From assembly GCA_045837725.1 (NCBI GenBank), contig JBEWZL010000151.1, positions 124,001-188,000 of the forward strand: a DNA stretch of 64,000 bases. The letters are read 5' to 3'. Position 1 is the first letter of the stretch; the number at the start of each line of letters is the position of its first letter. Below, in pieces: positions 49,663 through 61,953 of this stretch. The translations under genes and the position numbers were made by a program. This stretch comes from Vermamoeba vermiformis. Taxonomy: Eukaryota. The notes under the pieces are model-generated. The model was not told the origin of the DNA. It ran no database searches and saw only the letters and a list, made by a program, of their open reading frames with translations.

Positions 49663-51496
49663 TTACTGTCGCATTGACTGTTTGAATAAGTCAAAATAAT
49701 CCACAGCCGATCCGCTGATCTCATCCAGAATCAACTGCCATAGTTCCATAGGCAATAATTTTGATAAGGGACTTCGACCTAGTGACATGACATTGCATTT
49801 AGTGTTGTTTAATCGTCTTTGGAGATTCTGTTCGTTCTTCGCGTTCAATTTGCTGGCACGTGATCCGCGAGTTCGGTTCGCCAGTTCAGTGAACGTGAGG
49901 AACGGATTTGCTTTTAATACTTCTTCTACCTCCCAGTCTTCACAGTTTAATCGATAAAAATCGACCTTTGTTAAACTTTTGTTCTTTTTTAATGCCTCCA
50001 AAAGTGGTTGGTGAGGAATGTACGTGAAATTCCAATCTGCTGGGTTCGTGATCGTGAAAGTTCCATCGTGAATGAGCGATTCTATTGTATTATTCTTTTC
50101 TATTACTTCGCATAGTAGTTTGAAAGATTTTTCGTCGAATTCCAAGTAGGTTATGTCAACGTGTTTCAACGTCTTGTTGACGATCAATTGACGGCAAATT
50201 TCATCGGCTAGGTTACTGTCCCGATCTACAAATAACAATAATGACTTTACGGATTTGTTGCTATTCAATGATTTAAACAAATTAATCACGTGCTGGACCT
50301 CGTGCAAATTTTTGTTGCAATGGAGGTGATCTATCTTTGCCGTTGCAAGACCGTCAAAGTTATTCCCAAGGAGATGTAACCTTTTAACTGTAAATATTTT
50401 GGCCATATTGCTGTCGAAAATATCCGCGTCTAAGTTTTGTAGATGTTTTCTTTCCGTCAATAACCGTTTATCGAATCTCGTTAGATCCAATCGCTCGAAT
50501 TGATTGCCTTGTACATCAATAGTGCTGATTACGTTGTTCATTAATATGCCTTGACATATTATACTGAATGCGTCATTGTCCATTCTGCAATGTGATAAAT
50601 TAAGTGACGTGAGGGTACAGTTGGCGATCAGATCTGCCAGGTAGTGAGCTCCATCCGCTGTTATAGTACTCTTTGATAAATTTAATTTGCTAAGAGAATT
50701 ATTCTTTAACGCAGTTCGTAGCAGTTCGCATTCGTCGGGACGGATCTGCAACGTTAAGTTCGATAGGCTACTTAACTTTCCAAATAAGGAAATATTATTA
50801 GCCTTCATATCGACGTTGTGTCTATCTATACTCATGACGGTTATAATCTTATTGTTGCATAAGCCAAATAAAAGCTCATCGAGTTGTTGTGAATCGACGG
50901 CGGCGTGCAGACTCTTAATGTAATTAGCGCTGTCTCCTTGGATCAGTTGCAGAGTTGAAGAATCTTGCTTTAGAATAATTTGAAAGCTAATTCTTGGAAT
51001 TGAAAGCATTTCGCGTAAATAAGGTTGAGCGTCTTGTTCTTGGCCAGCATCCGTATATTCTCTATATAATACTCGTTCTACGGAGCTGTTTTGTTTCAAT
51101 CCTTCAACTATGGCTTTCATTATGGCTGCTGGTACTTTGTTTATGATTTCAATTTGCGTTATTCTTGTGGTTTCTTGTATTCCTTTTCGGATCACATCTG
51201 CATCCTTCTCCTGCAATCTATAATCAAGAGGGATACTAGTCTTGTCGCCTTCAAACAGCGACTTTGCAAAAGCTGTTTCTTTGTCAACCGAAGCAGATTT
51301 GGTTTCCTAAAAGTTTGCTTGGTTAGAATGTAAAAATACCGAAAAATATTATCTGAATAGTAGTAGGTATAAATTATTATTTTCCTAATTTTTGGCCACA
51401 AACATTGCTCGGAAGCAAAGAGAAAATCAGATCCGACAGAAACGCACTTACTTCATCGAGAAGGCTGCTAAAATAATTGTTATATTTGCCACTCAT
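49663..51496 (-). CDS. RNI-like leucine-rich repeat protein with C-terminal F-box-like motif, copy 1 (2 exons)
   Basis: LxxLNLSxxxI repeats and NKTLKHV/NKSLTKV motifs; C-terminal LLPMELWQLILDEI. A short first exon MSGKYNNYFSSLLDE splices in frame. Confidence 0.8.
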
Positions 51497-51997
51497 AATG
51501 TATTTTCAACTTGTGTAGGGCAGGCAATTAAGCGCAAGAGTTGTGTTAGTTTTTGGATGTGGCGAAATTAAAAAGAAAGGGATTACGTGACGTGTTGTGA
51601 ACCAATTTTCGGATGTGTCACACGTAAATTTTGTCATTTCAAACGCTTTATAATTATCTCCATATGTGAAAATATATATTATCGATGCAGTTTACCGATG
51701 CTGCCAAGCAAAGTTATTGTGTCACAAATGACGTCATTTTGACAAAACGCTATGTCATTTATGCAAAAATTAGCGTATTTTATGTCAATCATGTGAAAAA
51801 TAGTGTTGATTCATGTGATTCTCTATGTCACCAAAGCTCGCTGCTATGATACAATGCCGCCGAGCAAAGTTACATTTATAGCACCGAGTCGATGACAGTT
51901 ATTGACGTGTGATTTAGGAAAATCACCTATTGACTCTACTTTACTATATCAGTGGACATACTTGAAGATTATACAATCCAACTTGGTCTCCTGGACC

Positions 51998-53856
51998 CTA
52001 TTGTCGCATCGACTGTTTGAATAACTCAAAGTAATCCACATCCGTAAGATCCACGTAGTTCATTATTAATTGCCACAGCTCTATTGGAACTATACTAGAT
52101 AAATAACTTCTCGCGAAGGACATGACATTGCATTTAGTGTTGTTTAATCGTCTTTGGATGTTCTGTTTGTTCTTCGCGTTCAATTTGCTGGCACGTGATC
52201 CGCGAGTTCGGTTCGCCAGTTCAGTGAACGTGAGGAACGGATTTGCTTTTAATACTTCTTCTACCTCCCAGTCTTCGCACGTCAAGTGATAAAAATCAAC
52301 CTTTGTTAAACTTTTGTTCTTTTTTAATGCTTCCAAAAGTGGTTGGTGAGTGAAACTCACGTCTGGGTTTGTGGTGAAAGTTCCGCCGTGAAAGAATGAT
52401 TCTAGTGTGTGGTTCTTTTCTATCATTTCGCATAGTAGTTTGAAAGATTTTTCGTCGAATTCCAAGTAGTGAAAGTCGATGGATTTCAGCGTCTTGTTAA
52501 CAATCATTTGACGGCAAATTTCACTAAGGACGTCACTATTTGCTTCGTTTATAATTAATGACCTTACGAATCTATTATTCTTTATCGCTTCGAAAAAATT
52601 GACCACTTGCTCGCTGGAAAAAAGCCCTGCCAGGGTCAGAATATCAATTTTTGCATTTTTGAATCCATCGAATTTGGTTCCAGAGAAGGTCATATCATGC
52701 ACTTTAAATAGTTTAGCCATATTGGTGTAAAAAATATCGATATTCAAGTGTTTGAGCTTCTTGTGGAGTAGCTTATTGTTGACGCCTGTCAAATCCAGTT
52801 GATCGAAAGGATTACGACGCAAACTGAGTTCTTGTATACTGTCGTTTTCTAATAATCCGAGGAATAATTTGGATAATATATTGTTGTCAATTGCGCACGC
52901 TGATAAATCTAGTGATGCGAGGCTTGTTGTTTTTCGGATCAGATCCGCTAAATGATGGGCTTGTTGAGATCCAATAGTGCTGGACGATAGATCTAATGTC
53001 AACAAGTTGAGTTGTTGCATTGTTTTGAAAAATTGTTTCGTTTCGTCAGCGCGGATCTGCATCTTCAACGTATGCAGCTGTTTGAAATTGCCGAAAAATG
53101 ACAAGTTTTTGCACTTAGAATCCAATTGTTCTCTTTCAATACCGATGTATTGAATAATCTTATTGCTACGCAGCTCGTATAAAAGTTCATCGAGCTGTTG
53201 TGAATTGACAGTGATGCGCAAATTGGTTATGTACTTGGTGCTGGTTCCTCGTATAACTTGCAAAATAGTTGGGTCGTTCGTCCAGTTAATATCAAATAAT
53301 AATCGGGGTATAGAAAGTATTTCTCGCATAATCGTCAAAACTTCTTGTGGTAATGGTTCAACAGCTCGGAGATCTCGCGTAAAGTAAACTTTTTGAACGG
53401 AATTTTGGGTCATTAATCCGTCTCTGACTGCTTTAAGCACCTCTGGTATGTATTTTAAAATTTTGACGTCGGTGATCCTGTACGTCTTTTGCAATCCGTC
53501 ACGGATCTCTTCTGCATCCGAGGCAACAATACTTCTGCCTATCAATAAAATTCGAGTTCCATCAAATATGTGCGAGGAAAGAGTTTCTTGCGCCCTTGAT
53601 CCATCTGTCTAATTGACGTGTCAAAAAAAACAATTGTTGGCAACCCAATTTGAGGGAAATAATATTTAAATATTTTTTGCTTAATTAATTAATTATAATA
53701 AATCGTAATATTCATAATATTTTCATTGGCAGAAAAGCTGCGAAATGAATGAAGAATATCAATCTGAGGTTAAACTCAATGAAAATCAGATCTTACTTGA
53801 TTGTCACCAGTACTAGCTGCAAGACTACCGAAATAATTGTTAAACTTGCCAGTCAT
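51998..53856 (-). CDS. RNI-like LRR protein with C-terminal F-box-like motif, copy 2 (2 exons)
   Basis: Paralog of 49663-51496; first exon MTGKFNNYFGSL...; C-terminal IVPIELWQLIMNYV. Confidence 0.8.
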
Positions 53857-54029
53857 GACAAATTAGTGGTTTGGATGCTGTAGATTATTGCAGGACAGTG
53901 GTGGCAGCAAGTTCATTTTTACTTGAATTGAAAATGGATGGACGGGACTTGTGAATTTAAGAAATAACACGGAACAATCATTTTGTGGTACTGAACATTT
54001 CTTTATTTAAATTATTTAACAAACACGAT

Positions 54030-54262
54030 ATATTTACGCGATCGTTTGAACAGATCAAAGTCCATCCGCACTCCCCAAGAATTTTTATCAACTCCGTAGT
54101 TCAATAGGAGGCTGTGTTGTTGTTTTTTTTTTTACAACATTTCTTTTGTTCCGATCGTTCAATGTGATTTTGACTCCGGTCGTACAATACTTCTTCTAGC
54201 TCCCAGTCTTTACCAGGAAAGTGGATAAAACCGACGTTTGTTAAACATTTATTTAATCTAAA
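54030..54262 (-). pseudogene. Decayed 3' fragment of a third LRR-family paralog
   Basis: LNKCLTNVGFIHFPGKDWELEEVL matches KNKSLTKVDFY...DWEVEEVL. Further on, PIEL and FDLFK-like remnants are interrupted by stops and frameshifts. Confidence 0.65.
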
Positions 54263-54272
54263 TGAATTACAC

Positions 54273-57200
54273 TTAGGCCAATAAGGCAACGATCAAACTA
54301 GCAAGACCCAACAAAGCAGATCCGACCACTACGTAAGCTCTGATTAGTTACCTAGCATTTACTATTAATTACTATTTAGCAACTTACCTTCACTAGCACC
54401 AGAAACAGCTTTTGTTGTTGGCGGTCTGATCGACACTGTTGGGGCACTCGTGGGACTGAAACCGAAGGGAGCTGCGGTCAATGGAACAGCGCCAACTGGC
54501 CCAACTGCAAAAAAATAGTTAGCGATGATTTGGGACTTATAGTATCCGTCACGTACCTCCTGCCTTGTACGTAAAGTCAATCGGTCCAATAGCGATAAAA
54601 TAGTTCATTGTCAACCAGATCTCTAATGTATAGTTGCTCGTGTCCAGCGCAGACCAAGCTGGGGCGACACAGCTATTTGCCAAAAAAGTTAAAACGAATG
54701 CTGCAAGTCTAATAAAAAAAAAAACATGACGTACCTGGCTGCAGTATTTGAACTGACAGTAGCAGGAGCAGGTACACCATAAGCGTCGTAACCGAAATAA
54801 CACGCGGCGCAGTCAACACCGTCCGAGTCTGCCGTGGGATTGCACTTGGTGTACGCAGCAAATCCAGTGCCTTCAATCTCGACAGTGACGCCTCCTTCGA
54901 GTGGCGAGTAATCGGGTCCATAAGCGGTAAGACTGTAAGGGTCTGCAAATAAAATTAATTATCCGCGAAATTTCTACGGAGGAAATTAATTACGCACCAA
55001 TAACTTTAATGTCGAAAGGACCCATCCAATTTTTAGACTCAACACGGACGCGCAATTGAATCGTTCCAGTTCCAGAAATCGGAGGGATATCACATGCCGC
55101 ATAGCTTGCCCATTGCGTCAACTCGACAGAGCCATTGATCAATGGCTGACCCGCGATCCACTCGCAATCGATGGTTTCACTGCCAACGAGGTTCGAAACT
55201 TGCCTAAATCGTAGAATATCAATACTATGGTCCGAATTCGTCTCGTCAGCGATGATTTAATGACCTACCAGTACACAGTATCCATGCCAACGTTCAAAAT
55301 GACAGATGGGAAAGGACCAGCAACGACCTCAAATGTTCGGGTATCAACTGGTGGCGCTACAGCGACGGGCGCTGCAGCAACGGGGGCTGGTGGCGGACAA
55401 ACAGCTGATCTCATTTTTACGGCGTCGTAAAGATTACCTGATAGGATAAAGCGATGAATATCGATACTGTAAAAAAGTTTCGATTATCTTTACCTAGCAA
55501 TGTGCAGTCCTCGGTCTTGACAACTTCGGTGGTATCTACTCCGGTCAACAAATTTTTGAGTACGACGTTATTATTGGCGAGTTCATTGCAAGCCTAAAAT
55601 CGCCAACGTTACTCACTGTAGAAAAAAAGTTATAAAATCTTACCGCAGTAACGTAGTCAGCATTTTGAGCAAGGGTTGCAGTAGGCGTGTGTTTGGCCAG
55701 ACCACGCATGAAGATGTGAAAAGCCTTAGTTAAACCTATTCCCGTATACGTTGTTCCTTTAAACTCGCCACCATCGACGAACAGAGCGTAAACGAGGTTG
55801 AGAACTCCGGAATTTCTGTGTACGCCTCCGTTATCGCCGTAGTAGCAATAGTAGTATGCGTCATCAACACTCTCGGGATGAGAGTAGCAGTGCGGGCTGT
55901 ACATGTCGCGCAAACCTACATCTCATTAATATCCGTTCAAATGCCCATATTCGGCTTTTTTTACTTACCAACCTTGAGTCCATACCTGTTAGGAAAGCGC
56001 GCGAGTTCCGCTGCAGGAAGATTATCCGCCATTACCCACCGTTGATTTTCACCTGGCGCAGTACAATTTCGGACGGTTCTGGGAGGGTAATCGGCGGGTT
56101 CTTTCAAAAGAATTTGCATTGTCTCGCCCATAATATCAGCAAAGGCCTCGTTCAAAGCACCGCTTTGATAGGAGTACCTCAAACCTTCACCTTGGACAAC
56201 TGGCAACAGGACATTAGACCGAGCCTAATTCAGCTTGCTTATTGTACGTACGCCCGGTAACATATCCGTGACCAAACTCGTGTCCGATAACGTCAATAGC
56301 TTGGGCCCAACCAGGACAGTATACAGCACCAGTGTCACCTCCGTAGAATGCAGCATTCGGGCATCGGAAGCCTTCAATTCCGTTTGTAGGAGTGTTAATG
56401 GTGTTTTTAAAATTGCCGCCTAACGAACAAGTTAGCTATATTAGCAATAATACTGAAACAAAATATTATGTTTAGAACTTGAGCTCGTACCTTTAAGATC
56501 CCAGCCGTCCCAACCACCAACGTTAAACATGGCGTTATATTCAACTTCATTAATGCGCACGGCAAGGCTAGCTTGAGTATTGTTCGGGAGAGGACTGCCT
56601 TCAGTGAACACTGTGCCCACACCGAAGAGAATGGCAGTGCGGTTGAGTGCGTGTGCATCCGGGCAGAATGAGTCCAACACTGCGCCGTTGTGCGCATCGA
56701 CGTAGACGAAATGAGAATCGAGGTGCTGCGTGCATTTGAAGATCACGTGGTACGCCAAGTGATTGGTTCCTGTTCTTCCATTCGTCATCTCGGTACGGTA
56801 AATTAATAACTTGGATGAGGCAAGATCGAAGGTCCTTGGTGGTAAAGATTAAAAATACATATTTTTGTGTGTTGATTTACGTATGCTTACATGTCTTGAG
56901 GAAGAGAAGGACGAGCAAGGGCTATGGCTTCGGACTCTGAGATCTTCGGAACTACATCCAAATCTAAATCACCAATAATAGTGCCAGTTGTCAATGTGAC
57001 TTGGTAGTTGGCATTGAACGTCGCCTTTAACAAGCATCCGTCGACATTGAGGCCTTTATAAACCTAAGCAAAAAGAGGCTAAATTTAGAACTTAAGTTGC
57101 CACCTTTAAGTACGTACTTGTTGATAAGTAACCATCATTAAAGATTTAATTTGTGCGTCAGATCTTTGAGAGAGCTCAACAAGCTCAGCAGCAGGGTTCT

Positions 57201-57583
57201 TGACTCCGATCTCAGGATGGGCCGCAAGAAACGCTTCTAACCCCTCCGAATAGGATCCATCTGGTGCAAAAAATAATATTAACGACATATATTCATCTAT
57301 TCATATATTTACTTACATTGTGAGCGCTTGCTAAGTTTGATTTTGCCTTCGGTTACAAGATGCGCTGTACCAGTAGCGGTTGAAATTCGTACCATCGGTT
57401 GATCAGCCTCAAACTCTATTATACTTCTTTTGAGGAAGCTAACTTTGCGCTCTCCGGCTAAAAATAATACTCTTAGGAATTGATCTCAAGCAAAAAAATA
57501 ATCGCATCCGTTTACTTACCTTGCAAATCGGCCGCAAAGGACAAGCAGACAAATACTAAAATACTTGCCACTACGAGTTTCAT
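54273..57583 (-). CDS. Peptidase M4 preproprotein, copy 3 (inverted)
   Basis: Signal peptide MKLVVASILVF, DVIGHEFGH, GALNEAFAD, DNGGVHRNSG, an IPT-like domain and a hydrophobic C-terminus. Confidence 0.88.
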
Positions 57584-58341
57584 TTTGTTCAACTAGCGAC
57601 TAAGTACTAACTGAATGACTATTTTCGGCAAGTCTCGTACAAAAAACCGTTTGCTCCTCCGAAAAAATCCTGCGCACAAAAATAAGTTGCTCCTGATGTG
57701 ATACTAAATATACCGCCTCATTAATTAACCGTTCATTGTTGTTAAATTCAGCATAACTTACTTAATTTGTCGTCGTGGATGTGGCTAAGTCTTTGTGGAG
57801 TGTCGCGGATCCCGTTCGAACTAATACTGAGTATATTAAGCAAATTGAACAACATGACGCTGAATTGAAGCCAATGGCGTTGGCTAAGCGGCTCAACCGA
57901 GACGGATGTGTTCTGTAGCTGCTAGTTCCGAAAGACGTAAGTTAAAATTTAATGTTAAACAAAATTAGTGCTCATAAATAATTAAGACAGTAGTAGTGAG
58001 TTGGTTCAAGCGAGATTTTAGTCAGTACGCACAAGAGAATATTTAAAAAATAATTAAAAAGAAACTAAAGCGGATACGGTTTCGAAAAATCGGTATTTAT
58101 TTTTTTGTAAGTTGAAATAATAATAAGAAGAAGAAGAATATTTTTGTTACCTTCGTGTATGGGATGCACTTTTTTGCCTGGCCCGCTACTACCAATCTCA
58201 GGAACGATAATTCGATATCTAAACTTCGTTCGTATTCATTGATGCGCTATTTTGCTTCAGAGTCGACCCTGACAGACTCGATCGTGGTGGAGCAGATTTT
58301 TCGTAATTTCGCAATGCAGATCATTTAGTTTGTTGCACCTA

Positions 58342-61336
58342 ATGAACAAGTACACAATTGTCGCAGTATTAATTGTTCTATCTGCGACGATAGAATCAAT
58401 TAGTGCTGTTAAATGGACCCCTGCGTCCGTTAATATCACTATTAACTTGGATACGGGCGCGCAACCTGCTCCATTGCAAGTAGCGTTGTCCAAGTCTTTA
58501 AAAGATGATCCTAATTTTACGTGGAAGGCTGCGTTATCGAATTGTAAGTATTTGACCGTAATCTAAAATCAATTGAGATATTTGATGGCGATCCAATATT
58601 ATAAATATTCAGTGCTCACAATAAATAATTCCATTATTTTAATGGCTTATTAGAGAGTCTTTCCTAATTATTTAATTGATTTTAGGCCTTGGAGTGACCG
58701 TCGATCCAACATCTGGAGAAGTTACAGGAGACACAGCACAACAAGTTGCAGTTAATTTTACAACCTCACTGTACAAATTTGCAACTAAATTCGAGTGCTC
58801 AGTAATCGCTGATGCCACTCCAACGGCTAAGGCTGTATTGCCAATTTATTTGGACTTAGTATCAGGTAGGTAGACATTTTCTGTTATAATGCATTTACTA
58901 GTACATTAAATAGTAATATTTTAAGCGGTAATATTGATCGTGTTTGATTCAAATTAGATGCTCTTAAGTGCGCGATCAAGATCTGATCGCAAATTTCTTC
59001 ATAATTTTCGAGTTGGTCATAAACGGATTTTAATGCTAATTAATAACATATTAATACAGAGAATTGCAACAAATACGAAGACCCCAATATTTATTGTCAG
59101 AAGAAAGAAGGCGGATCGCACTGGGTTTGCGACACTATTAGAGGCGACTGCATTTGCGAGACAAACTATTATGGCGCGAAGTGCGATAAATACTGTCAAC
59201 CAGAGACTTGTTCTAATCACGGAACGTGTTCGGAATCTGGTGGCTGCATCTGTTCCTTTAATTATTACGGAGCAGTAAGTACCACTTAAAAATTAATACC
59301 TATCATTACGTCTCAATAGCACGAAAAAATATTGAATCATCGAATAATTAAAATGATGAAACTTAACGGATCTGCTTTTTGGATCGACATTTTTACCATT
59401 TTACATTGATTGAGTAATACTGATCCAATGACTTCCTTATTTAGGTCTGCGACATCTACTGCAATCCGATCACGAACTGTTCAGTGGCTGGCACGTGCAA
59501 CTCCAATGGAACGTGTAACTGCAATGCAGGCTACAGCGGCCCTAATTGCCAATTTCAGTCGTGCGGCACTTGTCCTGCGCATGCTCATTGCAATCCTACC
59601 ACTGGCAATTGCGACTGCGACGAGCATTACTTCGGATCAAAGTGCGACCGGTTCTGTAACGGAACTCAAACGTGCGGCCCTCACGGTCAATGCGATGCAA
59701 ATGGCAACTGTCAATGTCAGAATGATTGGCACGGCGAGAAGTGCGATTTGTACTGCAGTGATGCGATGTGTGGACACGGCACTTGCGGAACCAATGGTGA
59801 ATGTCAATGCGATTTCAACTACTATGGCACTGTAAGTAGCTTTATACGAAAGTATATGCAATATTTTATGCTGCTGCCCTAACTAGTCGAAATGGTTACG
59901 ATGAGTGCAGATCACAACTGTTTCGGATCTTGTCTCAAATCCATCTCTGAATAATTTAACTTATTGTATTACTAATATTAGTATAATATTAGTATAATAT
60001 TAGTATAATATTAATCTTATGCACACACGAGCTTTAAAAATCGTCAAATTGTCATTACAAAATATTTTTAATTAATCTGTTGGTTTTACCGCGAATTTAA
60101 ATACTGATAACATTTACTTATTCAGAATTGCACAATTTTCTGCAATGCCGTAACCAACTGCACGGATGCAGGATTTTGTAACTCGAATGGCGCGTGCGTT
60201 TGTGACCCTGGTTTCTACGGCCAATATTGCCAGCTCCAAGAGTGTCCTAATAATTGTTCCTCGCATGGCACCTGCGATAGCTCTTCGGGCAATTGCGCTT
60301 GTAACAAGGACTATTTTGGCGATGATTGCAGCATTTATTGCGACGACAAAACATGCGGCGCTAATGGTCAATGCAATTCAAGCGGAAAATGCGTTTGTAA
60401 GCCTGCTTGGTTTGGACCGGTAAGTCGTTACAAATGCAGCATTGTTTTTGGTCAATTTTTGGTCAAACAACGAAATTTCTTCAATTTTTTCGTTATATTC
60501 GTGTACAGTCGTCTCTTATTTCAGTGGCAGCTTGTGACTTGCATATAGTTTAAACACGGCAATTAAGAGAAAATGTTAAACAAAAGCTTTATTTTTTTGC
60601 CGTAAATCGGATCTGATCTCTTGGGTAGACTTGCCAGATATATTGCAACACCACTACTTCGTGCAACGGGCAAGGCACATGCAATGGGCAAGGTACATGC
60701 AACTGCAACTCGCCTTACTATGGAAACTACTGCCAGTACATTCAGTGCGGTACGTGCGAAGCGAACAGTGTTTGCAACAATTCTACGGGCCACTGCGACT
60801 GCGTTCAAAATTACTACGGCGATAATTGCGACATTTTCTGCAATGCTACGGCTTGTGGCGCCCACGGCGAGTGTGGTTCAGATGGACAATGCCTGTGCCA
60901 GCCTGGTTATTACGGACCTGGCTGCGACATTGTTTGCTCCGCTGATAACTGCAAATTTGGTTATTGCAACACGACTGTTGGCTGTGTTTGCAACCAAGAC
61001 TATTACGGCGCTCAATGCGATGTTCATTGCTCGCACGACACGTGTGATCATGGCACGTGTCACCCATCGAACGGCACGTGTATTTGTGATGACGAGTACT
61101 TCGGGCTCGAGTGTCACGTGCATTGTTTCACGAACACCACGTGCAATGGCAATGGCGAGTGCAGTGCTGAAGGCTTATGCATGTGCAACGAATTTTATTT
61201 CGGAGAAAATTGCAGTTTGAACAAGCTTGCGTTGTGGATCTTAGGTGGAAGTGTTTCTGCTGGAGTCGTGACAATTACTATTTTAGGAATTGTGAGCAAA
61301 GTGAAGCGAAATCGAGGCTACGAGCGAATTCAATAA
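58342..61336 (+). CDS. Type I membrane protein with many EGF-like repeats
   Basis: Signal peptide, Cys-rich EGF repeats across exons, TM LWILGGSVSAGVVTITILGIV and tail KRNRGYERIQ*. Confidence 0.85.
59973..60013. repeat. Intronic 11-bp tandem repeat (TAATATTAGTA, about 3.7 copies)
   Basis: Seen directly in the sequence. Confidence 0.85.
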
Positions 61337-61953
61337 ATCAGTGACTTTTTATCCAATTCAACGACTTCCACTGCCCAAGGCCTGCGGTCAACTAATGCAT
61401 TAAATGGTAAGGCAGACAATGTCCATTTAGTAATGTTATTATATAGGTAACCTTCTGCCACCAGTAAAGAATTCCGCTGGATCTGGTCCGAAGTAAGAAC
61501 ACAGCTTGCATAAACACGAGTAATTCTTTGGTAAATTCCATACAATTAATACTATGACCAGATCCTAGTCAACCTAATCGAAGCTAACCTATTCAATCGC
61601 ATGCAAGGCAAAACCTTGATAAACTTCGGAATTACGCAACAATCGCTCCAAAAATATCGCCAACTGAAATAGAGTAATGCTTCGAAATTCAACAGTTTCT
61701 AACAGCTAATAATTAAATAGGCTGCGGAAGGGACTCTTCTAAGGCGCCTTAATAGTATGATATTGCGGTAGGTTGTCTTGGAGAGATAGAAACCAACTTG
61801 CCGAAACAAAGTTTTGAAATTGTCAAGAGCTGTCAGCATTTCTTTTTTACTCGTAAATGATTGGTCGAAATGATTCATTCAAAAAATATAAAATAGAATT
61901 CAATACTAATCGATTTTACTCATCATCGTTAGCAGACAACAACAAAACCGATA

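Noticed and set aside
5684-54340. GAG 3' splice sites (kinase copy 2 near 5683; M4 copy 3 near 54338)
   Set aside because: They are uncommon but still canonical AG acceptors, and without RNA data they are too weak to call a finding.
59352-59423. Possible intronic C/D snoRNA (ATGATGA...CTGA)
   Set aside because: There is no terminal stem or evident rRNA guide, and the CTGA is better explained as branch-point context.
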